From assembly GCA_965140585.1 (NCBI GenBank), contig OZ223267.1, forward strand, positions 128,001-192,000: a stretch of DNA of 64,000 bases, given 5' to 3'. The first letter of the stretch is position 1. Each line of letters opens with the position of its first letter. The notes under the pieces were generated by a model. The model saw only the letters and a list, made by a program, of their open reading frames with translations. It had not been told where the DNA came from and searched no databases. This document shows, one piece after another, positions 19,864 through 30,016 of this stretch. Source of the stretch: Spirochaetia bacterium (GTDB taxonomy: Bacteria > Spirochaetota > Spirochaetia > UBA9216). Made by a program: the position numbers and the translations under genes.

Positions 19864-20114
19864 TTTAATATACTACAGATGAACAGTCTTTTCTATCATA
19901 CTTTTCAGAACTGTGTTCATCCCTGTATACTATGTCGGTTGTTTTCCTTATTTCTTTTTCTTTTTGTGATAGTATTTTAGCAGAAAGTTCGATAAATTGT
20001 CGGCTCATAAGGAGCCTCTTTTCTGCCGATATAATGAAGAGGTTTACCATGCTCTGCAGACCGGATGGAGAAACGGTTTCAGGCTGATTTTGCAAAGTAA
20101 CAGAGGCTAATTTT

Positions 20115-23100
20115 TTGTTGAAAAGTGCTGCCGGTACTCTAAAAATTATACTACTCATAATACTGTTTCTGAATTCGGCTTTGGTCTTTTCAGGCGGAAG
20201 GCAGGAAGGCTCTGTTAACCAGCTTGTGGAGGCCGAAGAACTTATCAATCAGCGTGAGTATAACCAGGCTGTACTCATCCTGTCAGGGATGCTGAAGACT
20301 AATCCTGATAAACTTGACGAAATTCAGGAACTTCTCAACCGTGTAAGAACTGAAAAGGAACTTTATAATGACCGATATGAAGAGCTCCTGCTGACCTACG
20401 GCGGAGATGATGTAGAAGCTGCATATCCGATTATCAAAGATCTTGAAGAACTGGACCCCAATCCGAATGAAGCAACCCGTGAATCACTTGTTCTTGCACG
20501 AGAAACCGCCGGTTTTGTTTTCAATAACAACAGATATAATGACATAATGGAGGAAGCTGCAGGCTATATGACTGCCGGACAGCTTCCTCAGGCTGTAGAT
20601 ACCTATATGAGCGGCTTTGATCTCAGCCGGGATATTTTCAATGATGCAGGTTACGGCAATATTATTATGAACGATGTTTATGAGCACACCAATGAGATGG
20701 ACGAGCTCAGCCGTGAATTTCTGACTATTTACACTGAGCTCAATTCAAGTCTCGGCAATGAAACAACTGTCTTTGACCGTAGAGATCTCGAAGCATATCC
20801 ACGGACTACTGCTCCTATTCTTGAAAATCTGACCAGAAGTATAGAAATCAAGAGGCTTCTTGATGAACTTGCCGCTTATTACCTTGAACAGGAAGAGAAT
20901 ATCCGTATCAGCCGCGGAGATGAGAAGCAGGTGCATTACCTTGTCTATATGAACAGGCTTCTTAAGGGCAGGACCGATGCTCAGTCTCCTGAAGGAATAG
21001 CAGGTGCTGTAAATGTAAAAAATGCCGAGGTTGCTGAAACTATCCGCAGTCATGCAGTTCTTCTGGTTGAAGAAGCTTATACTGATGCTCTTTCTCACTA
21101 TTCAGCGGGTAGGTACGAGCAGGCAGGCGCGGGATTCTCGACTGTCTTAACTCTTGCAGAAGGTGTAGTACAGACCTTTGCAGTCTGGGATACAGGCTAT
21201 ACCAGTTTTTCCGGTGAAATACCTGAGCCGAGTGAAGATGAGCAGCTGAATACCATAATTTCAAACCAGGTTAATAATGAAACCTGGTATTCAGCTGCTG
21301 AATCGTACACTTCACTTATAAATGAAAATCTTGCTTATCAGGATCTCAAGCAGCAGATAAATTCGCTTGAAAACCCTGCAGACGGAGAGCAGATCAGAAG
21401 CGTTCTGGTTAATCATGACCGCATAATTACCGAACTCGGCGAGCAGTGGGAATTTGAATACCAGCGGCTTAATACTATCGCCTCCTCGGGGCTTAACATA
21501 GGGCCATCGGTTGAGGCTACCGGCAGTATGCTAAATGAAATTAACAGGATGGAGGATGATCTTCTTGCCGATGAGATTGTTCTCGTAGCCGCTATGGCGG
21601 AGGCTGATCTGTCGGACTATGAAGTTACATTACTTGGTCTGACCGGAATTAAAGATGAAGGCATTTTACTCATTGACGGAATCCCGGCTGAAGATCAAAC
21701 AGCTGCAGCTGATGATACCGGAGAGAATGCCGAAGAAATACAGATTCTATACAAGTATCCGGACAGAGCCCTTGAAAGTCTCCTGCAGATTCAGCCTGCA
21801 ATTACCCGGCTTGCCGCAGATATAAGCGGAATCCAGAATTTTATAGCTGACGAAAGAATTGAAATCCGTACCGGGGAGCCGGTTCGTGAAGCCTTAACCC
21901 ATGCAGATTCACTGGATAACAGTACTTCAGACCTTGCCGCTGAGGTTGAACAGCTCATAGCAAGGGCAAGAGAGCAGATATTCACTGCTGACAGGCTCAG
22001 ACAGGAAGGTGAACGAAGGATTCAGGAATCAAAGACCCTTACCCAGCAGGCTCAGTTTCCCGCTGCAAAGGAACGGCTGGAACAGGCTGCTCAGAAATTT
22101 GATGACTCTCTTACTTATCAGGAAGATTCTGCTCTGCGTGATTACCGTGATAATGATATTCCAAGGCTCTATGAAGAGATTCAGGTCGCGGAGAATAACC
22201 TTGTAATACGTCAGGTCAGGCAGTATCTGACCGAGGGGAAATCATATTATTCACAGGGTAAATTCCCCTCTGCCCAGAATGTGCTGATCAAGGCCAAGAA
22301 CCGCTGGGCAGATACGAATGTTGAGGAAAATGCCGAGGTTGAATACTGGCTTACACTCACTCAGACAGCCTTGTCGGTAACCTCCGGACGAACAATTTCA
22401 CAAACCGACCCTCTTTATTCAGAGATGAACCAGTATTTAAGTCAGGCTAAGGCTGATTTTATCAAAGCGAAATCTCTTTACGACCAGGGCAGCCGGGACG
22501 ATGCTGATTTCTATTTCAGCAGGGCTGAACAAAGTATCCTGTATGTTCAGCAGTTCTTCCCCTTTAATGAGGAAGCCCGGGTTCTTAACCTTAGAATAAG
22601 CCAGTACAGGGATCCTGAAAGCTTCAGGGAACTGTTTAATAATGATTTTCAGACAGCAAGAAGTCTGATTTCAACCAACCCCAGGAAGGCGTATATTGAC
22701 CTTAAGGACCTTGAGGCTATTAATGCTACATACCCGGGACTTCAGTCGGCAATCACAGAGGCGGAATACGCCTCCGGTATCAAGGTCAAGCCGCCTGACA
22801 CGACAAAAATCAATCGAAGTATCGAACTTTATCAGCTGGCCTACAGTATAGTAAGCCGGAATGTAAGATCCGAGTTTAATGTTGCTCTGAGTTACCTCGA
22901 TGAGGCAATTACGCTGAACCCCGATAATATAGAAGCAATAAGGCTGAAAGATCGAATTTCCGCGGATGTAGGAGGTACTGCCACAGTTGTTATGTCCAGT
23001 GCCGATCAGCAGCGCTATCTTGAAGCTGTTAATGAATTCTCGGCCGGTAATTACCTGAAAGCCCGTATTATAGTGGAAAATCTTCTCCGGAATCCCGATA

Positions 23101-23156
23101 ATCAGCGTAACACCAAGATTCTTGAGCTTAAGGAAAGGATTGACAGAACCAGATGA
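20115..23156 (+). CDS. Large exported TPR/alpha-solenoid protein
   Basis: Spirochaete-type signal (VFSGGRQE) and multiple TPR-like helices across 1013 aa. Confidence 0.75.
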   Translation: MLKSAAGTLKIILLIILFLNSALVFSGGRQEGSVNQLVEAEELINQREYNQAVLILSGMLKTNPDKLDEIQELLNRVRTEKELYNDRYEELLLTYGGDDVEAAYPIIKDLEELDPNPNEATRESLVLARETAGFVFNNNRYNDIMEEAAGYMTAGQLPQAVDTYMSGFDLSRDIFNDAGYGNIIMNDVYEHTNEMDELSREFLTIYTELNSSLGNETTVFDRRDLEAYPRTTAPILENLTRSIEIKRLLDELAAYYLEQEENIRISRGDEKQVHYLVYMNRLLKGRTDAQSPEGIAGAVNVKNAEVAETIRSHAVLLVEEAYTDALSHYSAGRYEQAGAGFSTVLTLAEGVVQTFAVWDTGYTSFSGEIPEPSEDEQLNTIISNQVNNETWYSAAESYTSLINENLAYQDLKQQINSLENPADGEQIRSVLVNHDRIITELGEQWEFEYQRLNTIASSGLNIGPSVEATGSMLNEINRMEDDLLADEIVLVAAMAEADLSDYEVTLLGLTGIKDEGILLIDGIPAEDQTAAADDTGENAEEIQILYKYPDRALESLLQIQPAITRLAADISGIQNFIADERIEIRTGEPVREALTHADSLDNSTSDLAAEVEQLIARAREQIFTADRLRQEGERRIQESKTLTQQAQFPAAKERLEQAAQKFDDSLTYQEDSALRDYRDNDIPRLYEEIQVAENNLVIRQVRQYLTEGKSYYSQGKFPSAQNVLIKAKNRWADTNVEENAEVEYWLTLTQTALSVTSGRTISQTDPLYSEMNQYLSQAKADFIKAKSLYDQGSRDDADFYFSRAEQSILYVQQFFPFNEEARVLNLRISQYRDPESFRELFNNDFQTARSLISTNPRKAYIDLKDLEAINATYPGLQSAITEAEYASGIKVKPPDTTKINRSIELYQLAYSIVSRNVRSEFNVALSYLDEAITLNPDNIEAIRLKDRISADVGGTATVVMSSADQQRYLEAVNEFSAGNYLKARIIVENLLRNPDNQRNTKILELKERIDRTR

Positions 23157-26100
23157 TGTATAGCGGCAGGTTAAGAAAAATTATATTTCTCCTCATCATT
23201 TTTATGAGCTCCGCTGCCGCAGCATCTGCCCAGGATTTTTACTGGGAGCAGCAAGAAGTTCTTGTTGATAATGCAGCTTACTTCAGCCGATCTGCAGCAG
23301 GAACCAATCTGATGGCTGCTGTATGGCAGGACCGTATCCGGGAAACTGAAAATGGAGCGGAATACGGGCTATCAATAATCACTTCGACAGACGGACTTGA
23401 ATGGAAAACCAGCAAGCGTTTTCTGGGTCCCTTTTCATACACGGGTAAAGAAAACTTTTTCTTTTCACTTGCGGTTAATAAACAGGATATAATTTATCTT
23501 GCTGTTTCAAACGATGACAACAGTATAAGCCTCTACCAGTCATCCGACAGCGGAAACAGTTTTACCGAAAATTTCCGTTCTGATCCCTTTCCGGTAAAAA
23601 CAAGCCCGCGGCTGTCGCTGCGCAGTGACGGCGGGATGATTCTTTTTGTTACTCAGGAATCCAACGTTGATGAGTTCGGTTCGCTGGGAATATACTATTC
23701 TGTATCCGATAACAGCGGCAGAACCTGGTCTGAATTCAGCCAGCTGGCACCGGAAGCGGAACTGAAGGGTAACTTCCTTCCATCTCATACCTCATACATG
23801 GGACGGGAATATGTAGCCTTCCAGGCCTTTCATCTTGGAACCACTTCTACCTTCCAGCTCTACCTGAAATACAGTGATGACGGCGGCCACTCGTGGTCTG
23901 ATGCCGTTTATATATCAGGCTTCGAGGATGATAACGATCTCTATGATGGTGATCCCTATGTTTTTGACAACCAGCGGCCTTTTCTCCTGGGAAATACAAG
24001 CGGTATATACCTTGCCTGGGAACGCGGATATGCCGGAAACAACCCGCAGATTTATTTTGCTGAACTGAACCGCAATGGATCGGTCACCGGATTCCCCGAA
24101 CAGGTAAGCGGCGGAATAGCCGAATGCAGAAACCCCAGAATGTCTTATTACCGGGGAATGCTCACGCTTATATGGTTCGACAACAGGGCCGGAGACTACC
24201 ATAATATAATAGCCAGGCGTGACGGTGCGTTCTGGAGTACCAATGATCTCAACTATATTACCGCCGGCTCGTCGGTATTCGGAAATCTCCTTGTCCGGCA
24301 GGATGATTTATTTATCATGTGGGAAAACACCCTCTCAGAGAGGACCCGGCTTGTGCTCCTTTCTCCAGACAAAACTGTTTCAGCTCCTGTTCTAAGAGCT
24401 GCTGATTTCCGCGCATCAACCCCGGCGAAGCAGGACAGCTTTACAGTACGCTGGAATACACCTTCTGATTCATCGGGTATCGCCGGCTATTCCTGGATCT
24501 ACGACCGGGATGAAAACTCAAAGCCCCGTGAAAGTCTGATGATGCTTGATCGTAACCGCAGTATAACTGTTGATGCAGATGATGACGGCTCATGGTTCTT
24601 TCACGTTATTGCCCAGGACTATGCCGGAAACTGGTCGGATACTGCAACGATAGAGATTGTCCGGGATACAACACCACCGGGAACAGTTACATTTAATGAA
24701 CCTGAAAAGGACGAGCGGGATACACTTCTTTCCAATACGCTTTCCCTTGACTGGGAGCCTCCGCCCGAAGAAGATGTAGCAGGATACAGCTATACGCTGC
24801 AGGCTTTAAGCGGCTGGACCTACAGCGGTGACCTCGATGTCTTCAGGCTCAGAACCCCGTCGGGTACTGTGCAGACATCCGGAACAAGCTATTCGTTCAG
24901 AAACATTGACAACGGGCTGTGGGCACTTAATGTCCGCGCTATCGATAATGTAGGAAATGCAGGTGAAGCGAATACCCTGTATTTCAGGCTCAACAAGTAC
25001 ATACCGGTCACCTATATTACCAGCATTAACAGCAGGAAGGATGAACTGGGTACTCTTACACTTGAAATTACCGGCCGCGGATTTTCAGTAGGCGGTCTTA
25101 TTGAAGAAGTCATACTCGACACAGACGGTGCCGAACCCTATGACTATGTCTTTACAAAGGATACCGATCTCTACAACGTAGTTGATGACCGGTTTATAAG
25201 GGGTCCGCTTCTTGAGGATATACTTGCAGGTACTTACCGTGTAGGTCTTATCCATCCGGAGCGCGGACTGTATTTTACCAGGACCGGGATAACCCTTGAA
25301 TCAAGCGGAACTGTAAAATTCGGTGATTTTTCGGTTATTCCTGTTCCCCAGTGGCAGATAGTGGAACAGAAGCGTTTCAATATTCCGTTTAATTATCTGC
25401 TGATGGCGGTAGTGCTGATTCTGCTTGTCTTCCTATTTGTTTTCACACTGCAGCGGGCCTTTGCTCTTGCTGCGGAAGGCCGGACTCTGCACAGGCAGGC
25501 GGTAGCCCTTATTGAAGGGCAGCTGCTTTCCGAAGAAGAAAAACAGGAGAGGATTGCTCAGATGGCTAAAATGAGAATGGGGCTTAGATTCAAGTTCGCC
25601 CTGTGGGTAACATTACTTGTACTGCTTATAGTCGGAATGGTTGCAGTTCCTGTTGCGGTTGTCACTTCGGATAATCAGCGTCAGATTCTGGCAACAGGAC
25701 TGGAGGAAAGGGCTGAGGTTCTGCTGGAAAGCATTACCAGCGGTGCGAGGACTTTCCTTCCTTCGGATAATATTCTTGAACTTAACAACCTGCCCTCACA
25801 GATGTCTGCAATGGGCAAGGATGCTGTTTCTGTAACAATAACAGGCCACGGTGATTCAGCTGCAGAAGGATATCAGCCTGACAAGTTTGACTATATATGG
25901 GTTACAAATGATGACTCACTGCCGGAGGAAGTCCGGGGAACAACCGGAACTTATCTGATGGCGGATGAAATTGCCTCTATTACTGATGAGCTGTCAGCCT
26001 CTGTAAATGAACAGGCAGCATCACGTGTAGGACTGATTGTAGATGAAATTCAGCTGCTCAACGATCAGGTCGAACCGCTTGTAGACCAGTTCATCAGTAC

Positions 26101-27766
26101 CGGGGACCCCGAAGCCGAGGATGCCATCAACCAGATTCAGGAAGAACTGCGCAAGCTTGATACTGAATTAAATGCAAGGCTGTATGAGATTGGTAATATC
26201 GTTTCAAGTTATCCGAAGTACAATGCTGAAGAACTTGATCCGCTGATTACTAACTATATCTTCTATAAACCCGTTGTCTACAGAGTAACCGGGGATGATG
26301 TTTATTACCGCGGTCTTGTCAGACTCGGTATCTCAACAGAAGGAATAATCGGAAAAATCAAGGAATCAAGAGATCAGCTTATACTCATAATCAGTATAAT
26401 TGCCGCTGCTGCCATTGTAATCGGAATCCTAGGAGCCCTGGGACTAGCTGCAATTATCATTAAGCCGATTAATCAGCTCGTACGCGGCGTTGAACTGATT
26501 CGTGATACAGAGGATAAGGAAGAATTAAAATCACATTTGATCAAGATAAAAACAGGCGATGAACTTTCAGTTCTGGCTGATACAGTGAACCAGATGACGG
26601 CCGGCCTTGTAAAAGCCGCCGCGGCTAGTAAAGAGCTGAGCATCGGTAAGGATACGCAGAAACAGTTTATTCCTCTGGATAAAGACAGCAAAGGCAATCC
26701 GATGACTACCGGCCGGGAGGATAACAATGATATCTCCTTCTACGGATACTATGAAGGAGCAAAGGGTGTATCCGGAGACTATTTTTATTATCAGAAGATA
26801 GATGAAGTTCATTATGCCGCAATCAAATGTGACATAGCCGGTAAGGGTGTTCCTGCCTCCCTGATTATGGTTGAGGTGGCAACCCTGTTTCTGAATTTCT
26901 TCCGTGAAAACAAGGTTAAACGCGATATGCGCGGAAAGCCGGTACCACCCGATATTTCGGCACTTACATACAGTATAAACACGATGCTTGAAGAACGCGG
27001 TTTTAAGGGTCGTTTTGCCGCTTTCACAATGCTGATAGTCAATTCGGTAACCGGAGAGATGAAAATCTGTAATGCCGGTGATACGACCCTTCATTACTAC
27101 GATGCTCAGCAGCGGAAAATGGTGGTTAAGGATCTGCCTAGATCTCCCGCTGCCGGAGCTTTTCCTTCAGATATGGTTGAGATGGGGGTCGGCTTTGTTA
27201 CTGTTAACCATACGCTGAAAAAGGGAGATGTCCTTGTTCTTTTTACTGACGGTATCGAGGAATCAAAGAGCTATTTCAGGGATGCGGATTTCAATATCAG
27301 GCTTTGTGACTATCAGGGTGAGGAAGGGGAGACTTTCCATGATGACAATCATAAGATCGGTTCAGATAACGAGGAATTCGGTGTTCCAAGAATTCATGAT
27401 ATGCTTAATGCTATGAAATCCGGAGGGAAATTCAGTCTTTCGCATTACCACAACGATCCTATGGAAAATCAGACGCTTGATTTTGATTTTAATGACTGTG
27501 AAGATACTCTTGAGAATCTTGTAATTGCAGGAATTTCAGTTGAGAAAGTTTTCAGACTCATTCCGGATCCGGCAGCCGGACCGGAAGATAAGGTTAAAGT
27601 AGACATTAAAGTGGATGAGTTTCTTAAAAAACACTTTATTCAGTATTCAAAGTACTACAAGCATCGTCTTCCGGGTAAAGAAGATGATCAGTATGTTGTA
27701 TACAGTCATATGAAAGAGGAAGATCAGTACGATGACCTGACGGTACTCTGTATAGAAAAAAAATAG
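23153..27766 (+). CDS. Membrane sensor phosphatase: Asp-box beta-propeller, FN3-like domains, 3 TM, HAMP, SpoIIE/PP2C
   Basis: Asp-boxes SSDSGNSF, SDNSGRTW, SDDGGHSW. HAMP (IIKPINQL...GDELSVLADTVNQM). PP2C motifs VSGDYF, CDIAGKGVPAS, FTDGIEE, DDLT. Confidence 0.85.
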   Translation: MMYSGRLRKIIFLLIIFMSSAAAASAQDFYWEQQEVLVDNAAYFSRSAAGTNLMAAVWQDRIRETENGAEYGLSIITSTDGLEWKTSKRFLGPFSYTGKENFFFSLAVNKQDIIYLAVSNDDNSISLYQSSDSGNSFTENFRSDPFPVKTSPRLSLRSDGGMILFVTQESNVDEFGSLGIYYSVSDNSGRTWSEFSQLAPEAELKGNFLPSHTSYMGREYVAFQAFHLGTTSTFQLYLKYSDDGGHSWSDAVYISGFEDDNDLYDGDPYVFDNQRPFLLGNTSGIYLAWERGYAGNNPQIYFAELNRNGSVTGFPEQVSGGIAECRNPRMSYYRGMLTLIWFDNRAGDYHNIIARRDGAFWSTNDLNYITAGSSVFGNLLVRQDDLFIMWENTLSERTRLVLLSPDKTVSAPVLRAADFRASTPAKQDSFTVRWNTPSDSSGIAGYSWIYDRDENSKPRESLMMLDRNRSITVDADDDGSWFFHVIAQDYAGNWSDTATIEIVRDTTPPGTVTFNEPEKDERDTLLSNTLSLDWEPPPEEDVAGYSYTLQALSGWTYSGDLDVFRLRTPSGTVQTSGTSYSFRNIDNGLWALNVRAIDNVGNAGEANTLYFRLNKYIPVTYITSINSRKDELGTLTLEITGRGFSVGGLIEEVILDTDGAEPYDYVFTKDTDLYNVVDDRFIRGPLLEDILAGTYRVGLIHPERGLYFTRTGITLESSGTVKFGDFSVIPVPQWQIVEQKRFNIPFNYLLMAVVLILLVFLFVFTLQRAFALAAEGRTLHRQAVALIEGQLLSEEEKQERIAQMAKMRMGLRFKFALWVTLLVLLIVGMVAVPVAVVTSDNQRQILATGLEERAEVLLESITSGARTFLPSDNILELNNLPSQMSAMGKDAVSVTITGHGDSAAEGYQPDKFDYIWVTNDDSLPEEVRGTTGTYLMADEIASITDELSASVNEQAASRVGLIVDEIQLLNDQVEPLVDQFISTGDPEAEDAINQIQEELRKLDTELNARLYEIGNIVSSYPKYNAEELDPLITNYIFYKPVVYRVTGDDVYYRGLVRLGISTEGIIGKIKESRDQLILIISIIAAAAIVIGILGALGLAAIIIKPINQLVRGVELIRDTEDKEELKSHLIKIKTGDELSVLADTVNQMTAGLVKAAAASKELSIGKDTQKQFIPLDKDSKGNPMTTGREDNNDISFYGYYEGAKGVSGDYFYYQKIDEVHYAAIKCDIAGKGVPASLIMVEVATLFLNFFRENKVKRDMRGKPVPPDISALTYSINTMLEERGFKGRFAAFTMLIVNSVTGEMKICNAGDTTLHYYDAQQRKMVVKDLPRSPAAGAFPSDMVEMGVGFVTVNHTLKKGDVLVLFTDGIEESKSYFRDADFNIRLCDYQGEEGETFHDDNHKIGSDNEEFGVPRIHDMLNAMKSGGKFSLSHYHNDPMENQTLDFDFNDCEDTLENLVIAGISVEKVFRLIPDPAAGPEDKVKVDIKVDEFLKKHFIQYSKYYKHRLPGKEDDQYVVYSHMKEEDQYDDLTVLCIEKK

Positions 27767-27775
27767 GATTATAAA

Positions 27776-28096
27776 ATGCAGCGTTTTTTCTGCGATAACT
27801 GCGGAACACTCGTAAACAAGAATGCCTCACGATGCCCGGGCTGCGGCCGTTTCTTCAGCCTTGTTAAATGCCCGATGTGCGGTTATGCAGACCGCCCGGC
27901 ATTTTTTACAAACGGCTGTCCGGTCTGCGGTTATGCTGAAGAGAAGGGTGAGGCTGAGTTCCGTTTTACGGGGCAGACACCGGAAGATAAAAAAAAGCAG
28001 CACAGGCATCTTCCCGCAGCCTTCTACAAAATCATCATCCCGATACTATCAGTGATTCTGGTCGGACTCGTTATCGCTCTGATAATGCTAATTTAA
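27776..28096 (+). CDS. Double zinc-ribbon membrane protein
   Basis: Four CxxC/GCPxC motifs and a C-terminal TM helix. Confidence 0.8.
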   Translation: MQRFFCDNCGTLVNKNASRCPGCGRFFSLVKCPMCGYADRPAFFTNGCPVCGYAEEKGEAEFRFTGQTPEDKKKQHRHLPAAFYKIIIPILSVILVGLVIALIMLI

Positions 28097-28726
28097 GTCC
28101 AGTACCGCCCAGACAGGGTCTTCGGGCGGTTCACAGAAGAACTCCTTTTTCCCGCCGCCGAAGGGCAGGCTGAACGACAGAAACCATGAATGAAGATGTA
28201 TGCCTCCGCCCCGGTTTGTACGCCGAGCTCCATATTTGATATCGCCTTTTATGTGCATTCCTTCTGCGGCCAGCTGGGAGCGTATCTGATGTTTTCTTCC
28301 GGTAAGCAGGTTAATTTCAAGGATTGAATATTTCTCAGTCGCACACTTGAACCTGTATTCAAGCTCTGCCTTTTTTGTGCCTTCTGCCGGAACTTTAAGC
28401 GCACTGACCTTGTTACCTCTTCCCTCACGGATGTAGTGTACAAATCTGCCTGATTCCGGCGTTGGAGGCGAGTCTACAGCACATAAATATTTCTTTATGA
28501 TTACACCGGAAGAAAGCTGCCTTCCAAGTTCAGCGGCAGTCTGTCTGTTCCTTGCCAGAAGCATCAGACCAGATGCTGGAGTATCAAGCCTGTTTACCGG
28601 ATGAAGCTCCCCGAATTCATTTTCCAGAACACTTAAAACCGAGGGTTCTTCCTTTTTACCCTGCTGCGACATCAGACCGCAGGGCTTGTTTACAACAACG
28701 ACATTATTATCAGAATAAATTACCAT
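28088..28726 (-). CDS. RluA-family pseudouridine synthase
   Basis: VNKPCG, NRLDTPASG (catalytic Asp), TGRKHQIR, GDIKYG, LHS. Start set at ATG 28726 behind TTGACA-17-AAAATT. Confidence 0.92.
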   Translation of the reverse strand: MVIYSDNNVVVVNKPCGLMSQQGKKEEPSVLSVLENEFGELHPVNRLDTPASGLMLLARNRQTAAELGRQLSSGVIIKKYLCAVDSPPTPESGRFVHYIREGRGNKVSALKVPAEGTKKAELEYRFKCATEKYSILEINLLTGRKHQIRSQLAAEGMHIKGDIKYGARRTNRGGGIHLHSWFLSFSLPFGGGKKEFFCEPPEDPVWAVLDLN

Positions 28727-28825
28727 TAGGTTAATTTTCTGTTTAACAGCGGCTTTGTCAAGCACAAAGATTTGCAAAACATCAAAACTGAGCGTACAAT
28801 AAAACAATTCTCAAAAGGGGGATTT

Positions 28826-29944
28826 ATGAAAAAATCAATCCGTTTGTCCGTTCTGCTTTTAATCTTATCGTCAGTACAAGTATTTGCCGGTGATTTCAGC
28901 TTCGTTTTTGAAGACGCCAGATTTCATTCTTCATACTGGGGCGGTCTCGCTCCTTTTTATGTTCGTGCAGGCGCGGGGTACACTGGCCTCAGCCTTATTG
29001 ACGGTCAGCAGACTGAAATAGTTATGGTAGGAGGCGGTGCGATTACGAGCAATAACCTCTGGACTGACGCTGATGGACTCCCCCTTGTAAAGGCTATATC
29101 CAATTCTGACCTGACCACCAATATGTACAGCCGCTGGCAGTGGGATCTTGGTCTAGGACTTATTCAGGGGCTGTTTGCCGATCCACAAAGGGCAAATCCG
29201 GTTTTAAGTGTATATGCCAGGTATGATTTGCATAATGATAATCCCGCAGGCGATGATTTTATCTCAATACTGGAATCCAGCACAAATGAGTCTGCCTATC
29301 CTGATCAGGGCGGTGTTCTTACAAACACGCTGAAATTCGGGGTTGAGTTCAACAGACTGACAAAAGGTGATATTAACAGCGGCTATGGTGCCGAACTATG
29401 GACAGTAGTTGCCCCTTCATGGATGGGCAATGAAGTTTTAGGTGAAAGTAATTTCTACAATATTGCCTTTGAGGCAAAAGCCTTTTATCCGCTGCTTGAT
29501 ATTAAAATGAAGAATTCAGAAAAGCAGCTTGTTGGAATCTATGCAGGCGACCGTCTCCGTGCAGACTGGCTTGACGGCACAGCCATCCCCGAGTATTTCC
29601 AGGAGCCGACTACCCTGGGCGGTAAAATGAGAGGCTTTGAATGGAATTCCATGGGAACTCAGTTCACAATTGTCAATAACTTTGACATCAGGGTCTATGG
29701 AATCGAGTTCATTGACAACACTAATCCGGTATTCAACGTATTTTTTGATATGGGTTATTTTGCTGGAAACTATTACAACACATCTGTCTCAGATTCAGGT
29801 TTTGTAAGTTCAACAGGCTTCGAAGCTGCACTTAATATTATCGATTTTGCCCAGGTGGGCTTCTGTTTTGCCTTCCCGCTCACCGGTGAAAATATGCGCC
29901 TGCAGGATATGACGACAGATATTATGTTTATGTATAAGTTTTAA
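28826..29944 (+). CDS. Putative outer-membrane beta-barrel protein (Omp85/TamA-barrel-like)
   Basis: Signal peptide, alternating aromatic strands, LGGKMRGF (vRGF-like), FFDMG, terminal Phe. GGGGG RBS. Confidence 0.6.
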   Translation: MKKSIRLSVLLLILSSVQVFAGDFSFVFEDARFHSSYWGGLAPFYVRAGAGYTGLSLIDGQQTEIVMVGGGAITSNNLWTDADGLPLVKAISNSDLTTNMYSRWQWDLGLGLIQGLFADPQRANPVLSVYARYDLHNDNPAGDDFISILESSTNESAYPDQGGVLTNTLKFGVEFNRLTKGDINSGYGAELWTVVAPSWMGNEVLGESNFYNIAFEAKAFYPLLDIKMKNSEKQLVGIYAGDRLRADWLDGTAIPEYFQEPTTLGGKMRGFEWNSMGTQFTIVNNFDIRVYGIEFIDNTNPVFNVFFDMGYFAGNYYNTSVSDSGFVSSTGFEAALNIIDFAQVGFCFAFPLTGENMRLQDMTTDIMFMYKF

Positions 29945-29958
29945 TACTGAAATCTTAT

Positions 29959-29988
29959 AAAAAAGGGGATTCCATTGTAGAATCCCCT
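29959..29988 (-). terminator. Intrinsic terminator
   Basis: AGGGGATTC-N7-GAATCCCCT with an A-run on the left (U-tract on the minus strand), after fadD. Confidence 0.6.
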
Positions 29989-30016
29989 GCTATTATAATT
30001 CCTTTATCCGGAATAT

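Noticed and set aside
20004-20032. GCCGATAT as a sigma28 -10 box upstream of the TPR/PP2C operon
   Set aside because: The -35 match is poor and an overlapping TATAAT explains the site equally well.
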